A stretch of 32,000 bases of DNA from Candidatus Saccharimonadota bacterium. Its GTDB lineage: Bacteria > Patescibacteriota > Saccharimonadia > Saccharimonadales > Saccharimonadaceae. The stretch lies in the NCBI GenBank assembly GCA_025349965.1, contig CP075337.1:540001-572000 (forward strand), written 5' to 3'. Both the position numbers and the translations under genes were made by a program. The notes beneath the pieces were generated by a model, which searched no databases, was not told where the DNA came from, and was given only the letters and a program-made list of their open reading frames with translations. Of this stretch, positions 1 through 8,719 are shown one piece after another (position 1 is the stretch's first letter; the number at the start of each line of letters is the position of its first letter).

Positions 1-17
1 GGGCAGAGCTGCTTCGC

Positions 18-1091
18 ATGAAGCGTGTTAGCCATTTTATTGCGTCACCAGACGCTCCCACCGAGACGCAAGAAAGCGAAGCATTTTACAAGGGTGCACT
101 GTTTGCGTCAGCGCTCCTACAAGAACTTCATCCAGAAAAGGAATTTACTGGCGGCACCCTTCTTCATAATTACCTCTGGAATGAACTAGACCAAGAAATT
201 CAATCACGTGAATTATCCGGCCTTCCATTTAGTAAAAACTCCTTAGCAGTACGAAACCTTGCTGAAACACTCCAGTTCGACGGGCTTACATGGGCTGCGG
301 AAGAAACCGAGTCTGTTGAAGATTATCGCCAATTTGCCTATACCTACTTTCCGGAACTTTATAAAGAGGATAGTGCGTACTACCACATGGCACTTGCCGG
401 ATTTTGGACACCAATTCAAGAGCTCTACGAGCCTGCCGCACAACGAGAGTCGGAAGGTGTACTTGCGTACGTCAACGAACAAACGGCGCACGTAGAAGAA
501 ACATTTGCGCACAACGCCCACGTAGAACCTGATTATATACCGACGAATTCCGAGCTAGCAGATATCATCGGGGATGTTTTTGAAAAGGAATCATACCACC
601 CCTTAAAGAGAGAAACTGAACGTATCAATAAACAACTCCGAAAGCTTCGTGGAGAAACCGCCTCCATTGAATTTATGGACGACGAAGCGGCCAAGTACGC
701 AATACGGCACCTACAGGAAGGCGAGCTGAATGCACTTAACCGTAACAATGAACTTATACAACCAGACGACCTCATTCATGTTACAGGATCGTACTTCTGC
801 ATCGTCACAGAAGAGGATGACGTGCCAACAGAGGGAAGGATACCAAAGGGTACAACAGTGATGGGAATATTTGATTCCATCGCTGTTATCGAGGCACCAT
901 CGATGCGAAAAATCACCAACGAAAACGCCGAAAGCTATCTCCCGGAAAAGATCCCGACGGCAGCGCTGATTCTACAAAATCCTACTTTCATGAGTAAAAA
1001 TGAGGCGGGCGAATCAATCATCAAGCGCACAGACAACACCACAATCGCCGTGCCGCTTGTACATAGCGCACATATATCGCGCGTCGAATAA
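18..1091 (+). CDS. hypothetical protein. It is 357 aa from the first ATG. The frame stays open back to base 3, so the window edge may truncate its 5' end.
   Basis: Long ORF with ordinary amino-acid composition. The overlapping ORFs at 243-521(-), 259-495(+) and 533-775(-) are short and Arg/Ser/Cys-rich. I recognise no motif. Confidence 0.55.
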   Translation: MKRVSHFIASPDAPTETQESEAFYKGALFASALLQELHPEKEFTGGTLLHNYLWNELDQEIQSRELSGLPFSKNSLAVRNLAETLQFDGLTWAAEETESVEDYRQFAYTYFPELYKEDSAYYHMALAGFWTPIQELYEPAAQRESEGVLAYVNEQTAHVEETFAHNAHVEPDYIPTNSELADIIGDVFEKESYHPLKRETERINKQLRKLRGETASIEFMDDEAAKYAIRHLQEGELNALNRNNELIQPDDLIHVTGSYFCIVTEEDDVPTEGRIPKGTTVMGIFDSIAVIEAPSMRKITNENAESYLPEKIPTAALILQNPTFMSKNEAGESIIKRTDNTTIAVPLVHSAHISRVE

Positions 1092-1133
1092 TTTCGATAC
1101 AGCAGAGCGTATTTCTTTACGACTTAATTTAAA

Positions 1134-1196
1134 AACCCTGTAGAGTTCCGCCTAGAGAACATCGCTGTTCGTCAATAGACGGAACCCCACAGGGTT
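1134..1196. terminator. Long imperfect inverted repeat between convergent genes; possible bidirectional terminator or structured element
   Basis: AACCCTGTAGAGTTCCG (1134-1150) pairs with CGGAACCCCACAGGGTT (1180-1196) at 15 of 17 positions. The 29-nt loop contains a nested GAAC-N6-GTTC mini-hairpin (1157-1170). There is no clear U-tract. Confidence 0.3.
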
Positions 1197-1200
1197 ATAT

Positions 1201-1647
1201 TTACACGTTCATCACTGCCAGTTCGGCGGCTTGCTGCTCGCAGTAGCTGCAGTTGCCAGCCGAAGAGAGGAGGATGAAGTGCTCGGGACACGACGGCCGG
1301 GGTACACTCGGAACGCTATAGCTCAGCGTTCCTGTTCCTGTCAGCGGCGGGCGGCCGAGGTGCGTCAGACCACTAGGCCACTGCAACTCCTCGATTCCCA
1401 TACCCAATGCATCCGCAATGAGATATGCCGTGTCGTACTTAATGCGCTTCTTTCCGCCCATCATAGCTCGGCGCACTACATTATGGTTCAGTCCGGTCTC
1501 CTGAACCAACCAGGGGACGTCAACCCCCAGCACTCCCATAGCGACAGCAATGGGGTATCGTTCGGTATCGTCTGTGCCTATCAAAGGCACCACCTCCTCA
1601 AGATGAAAATGTGCAAAATAAAATAAGTCAGCACTCTTTGCGCTCAC
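1201..1647 (-). CDS. XRE-family helix-turn-helix protein with a Cys-containing C-terminal tail. The start is uncertain: GTG at 1647 or ATG at 1539.
   Basis: The segment LVQETGLNHNVVRRAMMGGKKRIKYDTAYLIADALGMGIEEL looks like a Cro/C1-type HTH. The C-terminus has C-x13-C-x2-C. TATAAT (minus strand, 1657-1662) lies 9 nt upstream of the GTG. Confidence 0.55.
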   Translation of the reverse strand: MSAKSADLFYFAHFHLEEVVPLIGTDDTERYPIAVAMGVLGVDVPWLVQETGLNHNVVRRAMMGGKKRIKYDTAYLIADALGMGIEELQWPSGLTHLGRPPLTGTGTLSYSVPSVPRPSCPEHFILLSSAGNCSYCEQQAAELAVMNV

Positions 1648-1754
1648 TTAAATATCATTATATCATATTTATTGAAAAAAATCTAGTCCCTCCTTTGTAG
1701 ACCTATCCGCAGGTGCTACAATGGACATAACCACTACCAGTAAGAGGGCATGCG

Positions 1755-4520
1755 ATGGGTAAGTATAAAGAACTTGTAGCCGAATATAAACAGAAGGCGA
1801 AACGAAAGTACGAGGCGCTAAAGGTGGCGCGTCGCAAGCGCAGGGAACTCCCCCTCAAAGAGCAGTTTACGCTTCTAAAAGAAGACCGGTCTAAGCGTCT
1901 TGCATGGAAACGTCGCATCAAGAAAGTACAAGATCCGCGCGAGCAGTATGCTCAAAAGAAGGGCTATAAGCAGTACCGTAAACTCCAGAATCGGAAGTTT
2001 AAATGGGGTATTGCTATTGGCGTCGTCGTAATTATCGGGCTCCTCTTCACTCACTGGCTCATCACCGCCACCAAGCCACTTACAAGCGACCAGATGGCAG
2101 CAAGGAAGCAATCACTTAACGTCGCTCGCCAAGTGATGGATGAGGGGACGGTGCTTCTGAAGAATGAAAACAACACGCTTCCGCTAAAAGATACAGCGGT
2201 GAATGTTTTTGGCGCTGGGTCAGCGGCGCCAATCTATAGTGGCGGTGGAGCGGGTGGCATCAGCAGTGCAAGCGCACAAAGTCTCTACGCAGCCTTTGAG
2301 GAGGAGGGAATTAACTACAACCCGACTCTTTACAACCTTTATAACAATTTCGCACACAAAAACAAAGTTTCAACCGATGAATTTAAGGAGCAAGGAAAAA
2401 CACTTCTCGACATCTTACTTCCTAACATCGCTGGATTTCTCGTAAAGTCACCGAAGGAAATGCCTGCAAGTTCAGTGAATGGCGATATCCTCAGCGAAGC
2501 AAAGCGTCATTCAGACACAGCCCTCTATGTCGTGTCACGCGCCGGGACCGAGACAGTAGACTTTAAGCCCGAAGAACTTACGCTCACGCAAGATGAGCGT
2601 GATACTGTTGCGCTGCTTGATAAGAACTTCGAACATATTATTATTCTTGTGAATACTACCAATGTTATGGAGCTTGGCTTCGTAAACGAATTCAAGCACA
2701 TTGATAGCGTTCTATGGATAGGTGGCCCTGGAGAGGTTGGAGCTCGGTCTATTGCCGCCACGCTTAAGGGAGAAGTAACGCCATCCGGCAAACTTACCGA
2801 CACCTACATGTACGACATCGCCGCAAATCCTGCCGTGAAAAATACTGGCAACTTCCAGTATCAGCGTAACCCAGAAGACGAATGTGGCACGTGTAAAGAA
2901 CGCTCTCAAAAACGGTACTTCGTTAACTATCAAGAAAACGTCTACGTTGGCTACCGCTACTACGAAACATTTGAAAAAACCGAGGCAGTACAATACCCAT
3001 TTGGCTACGGCCTTTCATACACTAACTTTGCATGGACTGTTGGCAAAAAGACAGCCACTAATGACATCGTTAGCGCCGACGTAACCGTTACTAACAACGG
3101 GCCGGTAGCGGGTAAGGATGTCGTCCAGCTCTACTTTAGCGCGCCATTCACGCACGACGGTGTCGAACGTCCATCTGTTGAACTCGGTGGATACAAGAAA
3201 ACCAAACTCCTTCAGCCGGGTGAATCTGAGACAGTAACGATACAGATGAAGACGAGAGATATGGCCGCGTTTGATGATAAAATTGCAAAAACATGGGTCA
3301 TGGAAGCTGGAACCTACGGGTTGAGCATTCGCCGCGATGTGCGCACACCGGTAGAACTCTTTACCTATGAGCAGCCAGCCCGAGCAACATTCAGCGTCGA
3401 TTCAGTCACCGGCCAGGCCGTAAAGAACCAATTTGATCATGCGCGCGGAAGTGGCATAAACTATCTAAGCCGCTCATACCCTGAAACAACCAAAGTAACC
3501 GCACCGAGCAACTTCACCATTCCAAGCTTTATCTTTGCATCTGACTACAGTCACGAAAAGAGCACCGCTCCCGTACCAACTACTAACGCGAAGAACGACC
3601 TCAAACTTGCAGACCTCAAGGGTATCAACTATGACGACCCTAAGTGGCAAAATTTCATTGAGCAACTTAACAAAGACGAGCTTGTTCGCCTTGCTGGCCA
3701 TGGGGGCTACTGGTCCGTGGCAATTGACCGCCTCGGCGTCCCACGCACCAGTATGTACGACGGCCCAACTAGCATCCGCAACTTCCTTGGCAGCTGGGCA
3801 AGCGTTGCCTATCCAATTCCTGCAAATCTTTCTGCAAGCTGGAACGATGAGCTGGCTGAAAAAGTAGGCGAGGCAATGGGTAAGGAAGCGCAGAGCTTCA
3901 ACGTGAATGCAACCTATGCGCCATCACTCAATATGCACCGCTCGCCACTTGGTGGACGTAACTTTGAGTACTACTCAGAGGACCCGCTAATTGCTGGAAA
4001 GATTGGCGCAGCCGTGACACGTGGCCTCCAAAGCACTGATACAGTGGCGATTATTAAACACTTCGTCGCCAATGATCAAGAAACGAACCGCGCCGCTTAC
4101 GGACTCTACACCTGGACTACCGAACAAGCACTCCGTGAAATCTACCTCAAACCATTTGAGATCGCCGTCAAGGAAGGGCAGCCAAATGGTGTCATGTCGG
4201 CCTTTAACCGCATCGGGACAACATGGGCTGGCGGAGACAAGGCACTTCTTAATACCGTACTCCGTGATGAGTGGGGCTTTAGAGGCTTCGTCATCACCGA
4301 CGCCGGACTTGCCGGCCAAGGCGACCACTTTGATGCACTTCAAGCTGTAGAATCGGGCAACGACATGATGCTCGCCTCACCGATAGACGCCGGAGAAAAT
4401 ACTTTCGAGAAGCAACTCAAGACGTACCTCAAGAAGGATGAAGTGGGCACACTGATTGCACTTCAAAACGCTGCGCATAACATCCTCTACTATGTACTCC
4501 AGACAGGGGTCATAAAGTAG
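1755..4520 (+). CDS. Membrane-anchored glycoside hydrolase family 3 (beta-glucosidase-like) with reversed, circularly permuted domain order
   Basis: Sandwich-domain and Fn3-like motifs come first: VLLKNENNTLPL, YVGYRYYE, YPFGYGLSYTNF, VTVTNNGPVAGKDVVQLYF. Barrel-domain motifs come last: LNMHRSPLGGRNFEYYSEDP, KHFVANDQE, WGFRGFVITD. The N-terminus has a roughly 83-aa Lys/Arg-rich tail and then a TM helix (WGIAIGVVVIIGLLFTHWLI). GAGGG lies 6 nt upstream of the ATG. Confidence 0.88.
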   Translation: MGKYKELVAEYKQKAKRKYEALKVARRKRRELPLKEQFTLLKEDRSKRLAWKRRIKKVQDPREQYAQKKGYKQYRKLQNRKFKWGIAIGVVVIIGLLFTHWLITATKPLTSDQMAARKQSLNVARQVMDEGTVLLKNENNTLPLKDTAVNVFGAGSAAPIYSGGGAGGISSASAQSLYAAFEEEGINYNPTLYNLYNNFAHKNKVSTDEFKEQGKTLLDILLPNIAGFLVKSPKEMPASSVNGDILSEAKRHSDTALYVVSRAGTETVDFKPEELTLTQDERDTVALLDKNFEHIIILVNTTNVMELGFVNEFKHIDSVLWIGGPGEVGARSIAATLKGEVTPSGKLTDTYMYDIAANPAVKNTGNFQYQRNPEDECGTCKERSQKRYFVNYQENVYVGYRYYETFEKTEAVQYPFGYGLSYTNFAWTVGKKTATNDIVSADVTVTNNGPVAGKDVVQLYFSAPFTHDGVERPSVELGGYKKTKLLQPGESETVTIQMKTRDMAAFDDKIAKTWVMEAGTYGLSIRRDVRTPVELFTYEQPARATFSVDSVTGQAVKNQFDHARGSGINYLSRSYPETTKVTAPSNFTIPSFIFASDYSHEKSTAPVPTTNAKNDLKLADLKGINYDDPKWQNFIEQLNKDELVRLAGHGGYWSVAIDRLGVPRTSMYDGPTSIRNFLGSWASVAYPIPANLSASWNDELAEKVGEAMGKEAQSFNVNATYAPSLNMHRSPLGGRNFEYYSEDPLIAGKIGAAVTRGLQSTDTVAIIKHFVANDQETNRAAYGLYTWTTEQALREIYLKPFEIAVKEGQPNGVMSAFNRIGTTWAGGDKALLNTVLRDEWGFRGFVITDAGLAGQGDHFDALQAVESGNDMMLASPIDAGENTFEKQLKTYLKKDEVGTLIALQNAAHNILYYVLQTGVIK

Positions 4521-4526
4521 GATTTT

Positions 4527-4955
4527 ATGGCTGGTGAAAATAAAACCAGACAAACAGAAAAGAATGTTCTTGAGTTTCTTGATGAGTGGGTTGAGGGCGA
4601 GCAGAAACGCCAAGATAGTCTCGTGCTTATGGATATAATGGAGCGCGTCACTGGACACGCGCCAAAAATGTGGGGTCCAAGCATTATTGGCTTTGGAAGC
4701 TACCATTACATCTCGCCCGGCGGCAGAGAGGGAGACTGGCCAGCGATTGCATTTTCACCACGAAAAGCGGCCCTTACGCTCTATATCGTGACCGATACCG
4801 AACGGTACGCTGATGAAATAGCAGCACTCGGCAAATGCAAGACAAGCAAGGCGTGTATTTACGTGAAGAAGTTGGCAGATATCGATACAGATCAACTCGC
4901 CAAACTCATTGAAAAATCTTATAAAGATTTACAGGAAATGTTTGTGGTAAAGTAG
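4527..4955 (+). CDS. DUF1801 / YdhG-like domain protein
   Basis: 142-aa ORF starting 6 nt after the GH3 stop. The segment MWGPSIIGFGSYHYISPGGREGDWPAIAFSPRKAALTLYI matches my recollection of the DUF1801 core. Confidence 0.6.
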   Translation: MAGENKTRQTEKNVLEFLDEWVEGEQKRQDSLVLMDIMERVTGHAPKMWGPSIIGFGSYHYISPGGREGDWPAIAFSPRKAALTLYIVTDTERYADEIAALGKCKTSKACIYVKKLADIDTDQLAKLIEKSYKDLQEMFVVK

Positions 4956-5045
4956 CGCAGCAAAAGAGCTTGGTTGGCCTTTACTGCTTATGCATGGTAC
5001 CATGAGAGGAGTTATAAAAGCCCCAACCCCAAAAAGGAGACGGAC

Positions 5046-5642
5046 ATGCACACCACAAAAATAACTCTTACCAAGAAGGCCTTGCTTACAGCAATGGCGC
5101 TTATCACAACAGCAACACTGCTTGTTGTCGGAATGCTCGCAATGACCACAAACGCGGCGTCACAACACGCAGGCGTTTCCTCAAACGCCGCTGCTGTTCC
5201 AGGCGGCGCAGACTTCATTCTTACCGTCAAGCACGCAGATAGCGCAGTTGAGGAGCTCGAGGTAGACCACTCCCTTGAGGCAACACTACCGGAATTTAGC
5301 GTTTACGCAGACGAAGCTGATCCATACGGTGGCGACCAAGCAGTCTTTGCATCGGAAGGCGTTAGCGTTACCTATAGCGCTACTGCAAAAGAGTGGGTAA
5401 TCAACTTCGGTTCAGCTATCACAAATAGTATTAAGAACGAACCGGCAGGTATTACATTCTACCTTACCTTCAAGACAAGCACCGGCACAGTACTCTGGGG
5501 TGGCACAAGCCCAACCACACCGGAAAGCACCTTCAAGTTTAACCTTACGGCGGGTACCGGTGACTCTGTTCAGCTAGACGTACAGGAAGAAGATACCTCA
5601 GCGGTTATTCCGGGCGTTCCAAACACCAGTACTGTTAACTAG
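5046..5642 (+). CDS. Secreted or membrane-anchored protein of unknown function (Thr/Ser/Ala-rich)
   Basis: I prefer ATG 5046 over the TTG at 4974. AAGGAG lies 7 nt upstream and TATAAA sits at 5013-5018. N-terminal signal or anchor: KKALLTAMALITTATLLVVGMLAMTTNAASQ. The protein ends ...IPGVPNTSTVN. Confidence 0.6.
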   Translation: MHTTKITLTKKALLTAMALITTATLLVVGMLAMTTNAASQHAGVSSNAAAVPGGADFILTVKHADSAVEELEVDHSLEATLPEFSVYADEADPYGGDQAVFASEGVSVTYSATAKEWVINFGSAITNSIKNEPAGITFYLTFKTSTGTVLWGGTSPTTPESTFKFNLTAGTGDSVQLDVQEEDTSAVIPGVPNTSTVN

Positions 5643-5659
5643 TACACTCGAGAGATCCA

Positions 5660-6298
5660 GTGAAGATCACGCGACGCAAGCATCAGCGAAAAGCCATCTG
5701 GTTTAAAGCTGGTGCTTGTTTCATTACAGCAATACTTACCATTGGAGCAGTCTACTTTTACACCTCACAGAACAGTAACGCACCACAATCAACCCCAAAG
5801 GTAGCCCAGACTGCGTCAAAGGAGTCTACCCCGAAGTTCGCCGAACTATCCGAAACACCCGCACGTCTGAAAATAGGAAAAATTAACGTTGACGCACCCA
5901 TCATTCCGGTAGGCCTCACTAAAGACGGTGATATGGATGCGCCAAATAACGTCACTGACGTTGGCTGGTACAACAAGAGCGCCAAGGCAGGTGAAGGAAA
6001 ATATTCAGTTCTCCTCGACGGACACCGCGGTGTCAATGAACGAGCGGTCTTTGAGCGATTAAACGAAGTTGCTGTCGGTGACACCATTAGCCTCATAACT
6101 TCACAGGGGACGATACTTTCATATATTGTGCGCGAGACCGAAACAAGGCCGTATCAAGAGGTTGATATGAAGAAAGCGCTACTACCATACAAGAAAGGCG
6201 CACAGAGTATGACGATTATTACCTGCGAGGGAACTTATAGTAATACAAAGAAGACATATGACAACCGGACGGTTGTGTATGCGGAGCGGGTGAAATAG
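5660..6298 (+). CDS. Sortase-family transpeptidase (GTG start)
   Basis: N-terminal TM anchor. The catalytic triad appears in sortase order: His (LLDGHRG), Cys (MTIITCEG), Arg (DNRTVVYAERV). Confidence 0.82.
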   Translation: MKITRRKHQRKAIWFKAGACFITAILTIGAVYFYTSQNSNAPQSTPKVAQTASKESTPKFAELSETPARLKIGKINVDAPIIPVGLTKDGDMDAPNNVTDVGWYNKSAKAGEGKYSVLLDGHRGVNERAVFERLNEVAVGDTISLITSQGTILSYIVRETETRPYQEVDMKKALLPYKKGAQSMTIITCEGTYSNTKKTYDNRTVVYAERVK

Positions 6299-6313
6299 AG
6301 GTACAATAAAAGC

Positions 6314-8677
6314 ATGGACACTACCGACGCACCCCTCAAACATCAAGCCCTCATCAACCAAATGACACTTGAGGAGAAGGCGTCGTTACTCTCTGGGGCG
6401 AATTTCTGGAACACTAAGGCAATTGAACGGCTTGATGTTCCTTCTATTATGTTGACGGACGGTCCTCACGGCCTCCGCAAGCAAGGCGGCAAGAGTGATC
6501 ACCTTGGACTCAATGCCAGCATTCCAGCCACCTGCTTTCCCACCGCCGCGACGCTCGCGTCAAGTTGGGATGCGTCATTACTTGAAAGGGTAGGGGCGGC
6601 TATTGGCGAAGAGGCTAAGGCGGAGGATGTCAGCGTTGTACTTGGGCCGGGTTTGAACTTAGTGCGAAACCCCTTGGGCGGGCGAACGTTTGAGTATTTC
6701 TCCGAAGACCCGTACGTCAGCGGAAAACTTGCCGCTGGCTTGACCAGAGGGATTCAAAGTACTGGCGTGGCCGCGTCACCGAAACATTTTGCCGTAAATA
6801 GCCAAGAGCATTTGCGCATGACTATGAATGAAGTCGTAGATGAGCGAACATTGCATGAGCTCTATCTTGAAGGATTTCGCCGCGTGGTTGAGGAGGCGCA
6901 TCCACGCGTGATTATGTCGTCGTACAATCAAGTAAACGGCGTATTTGCAAATGAGAGCAGGGAACTGCTTGATGCTATTCTGGTTAAAAAATGGGGTTTT
7001 GACGGCGTTGTTGTGACCGACTGGGGCGGAGAACATGATCGTGTTGCCGGGCTGACTGCTGGAAATCATTTGGAAATGCCTTCAAGCGGCGGGATTACGG
7101 ACGCCGAAGTTGTCGCGGCAGTAAAAGAGGGTGACGTTGCACCGTTTCTACTAGATGCGCGTGTGAACGATTTGCTGGAGCTTGCTTTTAGTACTCACGA
7201 GGCGCTCCAAGAAGGCGCGAAGGACCCACGCCATGCCGAACATCACAAACTCGCTATTCAGGCCGCCGAGCGATCTATGGTACTGCTTCGTAATGAGGGT
7301 AGGACATTACCACTAAAGCGAAACCAAACCGTAGCCGTGATTGGTGATTTTGCGCGCACGCCACGGTATCAGGGAGCGGGGAGTTCTTTGATTAACCCGA
7401 CCCAGATTGATAACGCCTATGATGCGCTCATTGATGCCGGCGTATCAGTCGCAGGCTACGCGAAGGGCTTCCACCGCTTCGGTCGCAAGAGCCGTCGCTT
7501 GCAGCGAGAAGCAGTCGCGCTGGCGCAGTCCGCCGATGTCGCGCTAATTTTCTTAGGGCTCGATGAATCAAGCGAGGCCGAAGGTCTGGACCGAGAACAC
7601 ATACGCTTGCCTCAGAATCAACTTGAGCTTATTGCGGCGCTTTTTGAAGCCGGCGTGCGACCAGTCGTTGTTTTGGCGGGTGGCGGACCGGTTGAGTTAC
7701 CATTTGCTGATAGCACTGCTGCGATTCTTCACGGCCAACTCGGCGGACAGGGCGGGGGCACAGCCGTGACACGAATTCTCACCGGAGCGGTAAATCCAAG
7801 CGGCAAGCTCGCCGTTTCTTACCCCTTACTATATAGCGACGTACCATCAGCCAACTACTTCCCAGGGCAAGAAGTAACCGCCGAACATCGCGAAGGACTC
7901 TATGTTGGCTACCGCTATTATGACACCGCCGATGTCGCCGTACGCTATCCGTTCGGGCATGGACTTTCTTATACTTCTTTTGAATACAGCGACGTGCAGG
8001 CTTCGCAGCACGAGGCATCTATAACCATCACAAATACTGGTGACAGGGCGGGCGAGGAAACGGTACAAGTATATGTGCGCCCACTTGACGCGCCGACCTT
8101 CCGGCCGAAGCAAGAGCTAAAGGCGTTTACGAAGGTTGTTTTGGAGGTGGGCGAGTCGAAGACCATTGTTATTGAATTTGATGCGCGAACATTTGCGTAC
8201 TATGATATTGAGCAGCACGACTGGGTGGTAGCAAGCGGAGCGTATGAGGTAGCCATTGGCGCATCGAGTAGGGACATTCGAGAAGTGCGCACCGTAAGCA
8301 TTGAGGGCGTTTCAGTAAGCAAGTCCGCCGTGAACCCGATACTTGAGCCGTATTACACAGGAGCCGTTCAGAACGTCTCGGATGAAGCATTTACAGCACT
8401 GGTCGGGCGAGCATTGCCAGCGGCGCGATGGGACCGCTCACAGCCGCTGACTGAGCTTGATACGATACGGCAGTTACAGTACTCGAATTGGATAGGGCGA
8501 AACTGTTACGGATTCTTGATGCTGGCGCGGAAGTTTTTGTTGAAGCTGGGGCGACCTTTGCAAGCGAATAATCTTCTTTTTGTCATTGATATGCCTTTTT
8601 ATAAGTTAGAGCGGTTTAGTGCAGGGAAGACGAGTTTGAAGAGGGTGCGGCGGTTTTTGGGGTGGGTGAATAGATAA
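6314..8677 (+). CDS. Glycoside hydrolase family 3 beta-glucosidase with canonical domain order and no signal peptide
   Basis: Motifs in order: LTDGPHGLRK, LVRNPLGGRTFEYFSEDP, KHFAVNSQE, GVVVTDWG, VLLRNEGRTLPL, YVGYRYYD, YPFGHGLSYTSF, ITITNTGDRAGEETVQVYV. TACAAT (6302-6307) lies exactly 6 nt upstream of the ATG. Confidence 0.92.
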   Translation: MDTTDAPLKHQALINQMTLEEKASLLSGANFWNTKAIERLDVPSIMLTDGPHGLRKQGGKSDHLGLNASIPATCFPTAATLASSWDASLLERVGAAIGEEAKAEDVSVVLGPGLNLVRNPLGGRTFEYFSEDPYVSGKLAAGLTRGIQSTGVAASPKHFAVNSQEHLRMTMNEVVDERTLHELYLEGFRRVVEEAHPRVIMSSYNQVNGVFANESRELLDAILVKKWGFDGVVVTDWGGEHDRVAGLTAGNHLEMPSSGGITDAEVVAAVKEGDVAPFLLDARVNDLLELAFSTHEALQEGAKDPRHAEHHKLAIQAAERSMVLLRNEGRTLPLKRNQTVAVIGDFARTPRYQGAGSSLINPTQIDNAYDALIDAGVSVAGYAKGFHRFGRKSRRLQREAVALAQSADVALIFLGLDESSEAEGLDREHIRLPQNQLELIAALFEAGVRPVVVLAGGGPVELPFADSTAAILHGQLGGQGGGTAVTRILTGAVNPSGKLAVSYPLLYSDVPSANYFPGQEVTAEHREGLYVGYRYYDTADVAVRYPFGHGLSYTSFEYSDVQASQHEASITITNTGDRAGEETVQVYVRPLDAPTFRPKQELKAFTKVVLEVGESKTIVIEFDARTFAYYDIEQHDWVVASGAYEVAIGASSRDIREVRTVSIEGVSVSKSAVNPILEPYYTGAVQNVSDEAFTALVGRALPAARWDRSQPLTELDTIRQLQYSNWIGRNCYGFLMLARKFLLKLGRPLQANNLLFVIDMPFYKLERFSAGKTSLKRVRRFLGWVNR

Positions 8678-8719
8678 CACCAACGTGCTATACTACCAGA
8701 AATAAGAGGAGACAGCTTT

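Noticed and set aside
1157-1170. GAAC-N6-GTTC (and GAAC-N4-GTTA at 20245-20256) considered as SOS (Cheo-type LexA) boxes, given the LexA homologue in the window
   Set aside because: The first has the wrong spacing (N6 rather than N4) and sits in a terminator-like hairpin between convergent genes. The second has a mismatch and no downstream gene. Neither resembles the repeat at the LexA-MTase promoter.
5013-5025. 13-mer TATAAAAGCCCCA shared with 13823-13835, considered as a dispersed repeat
   Set aside because: Both copies sit just upstream of gene starts and contain a -10-like TATAAA. They are more simply explained as similar promoters than as a mobile or structural repeat.
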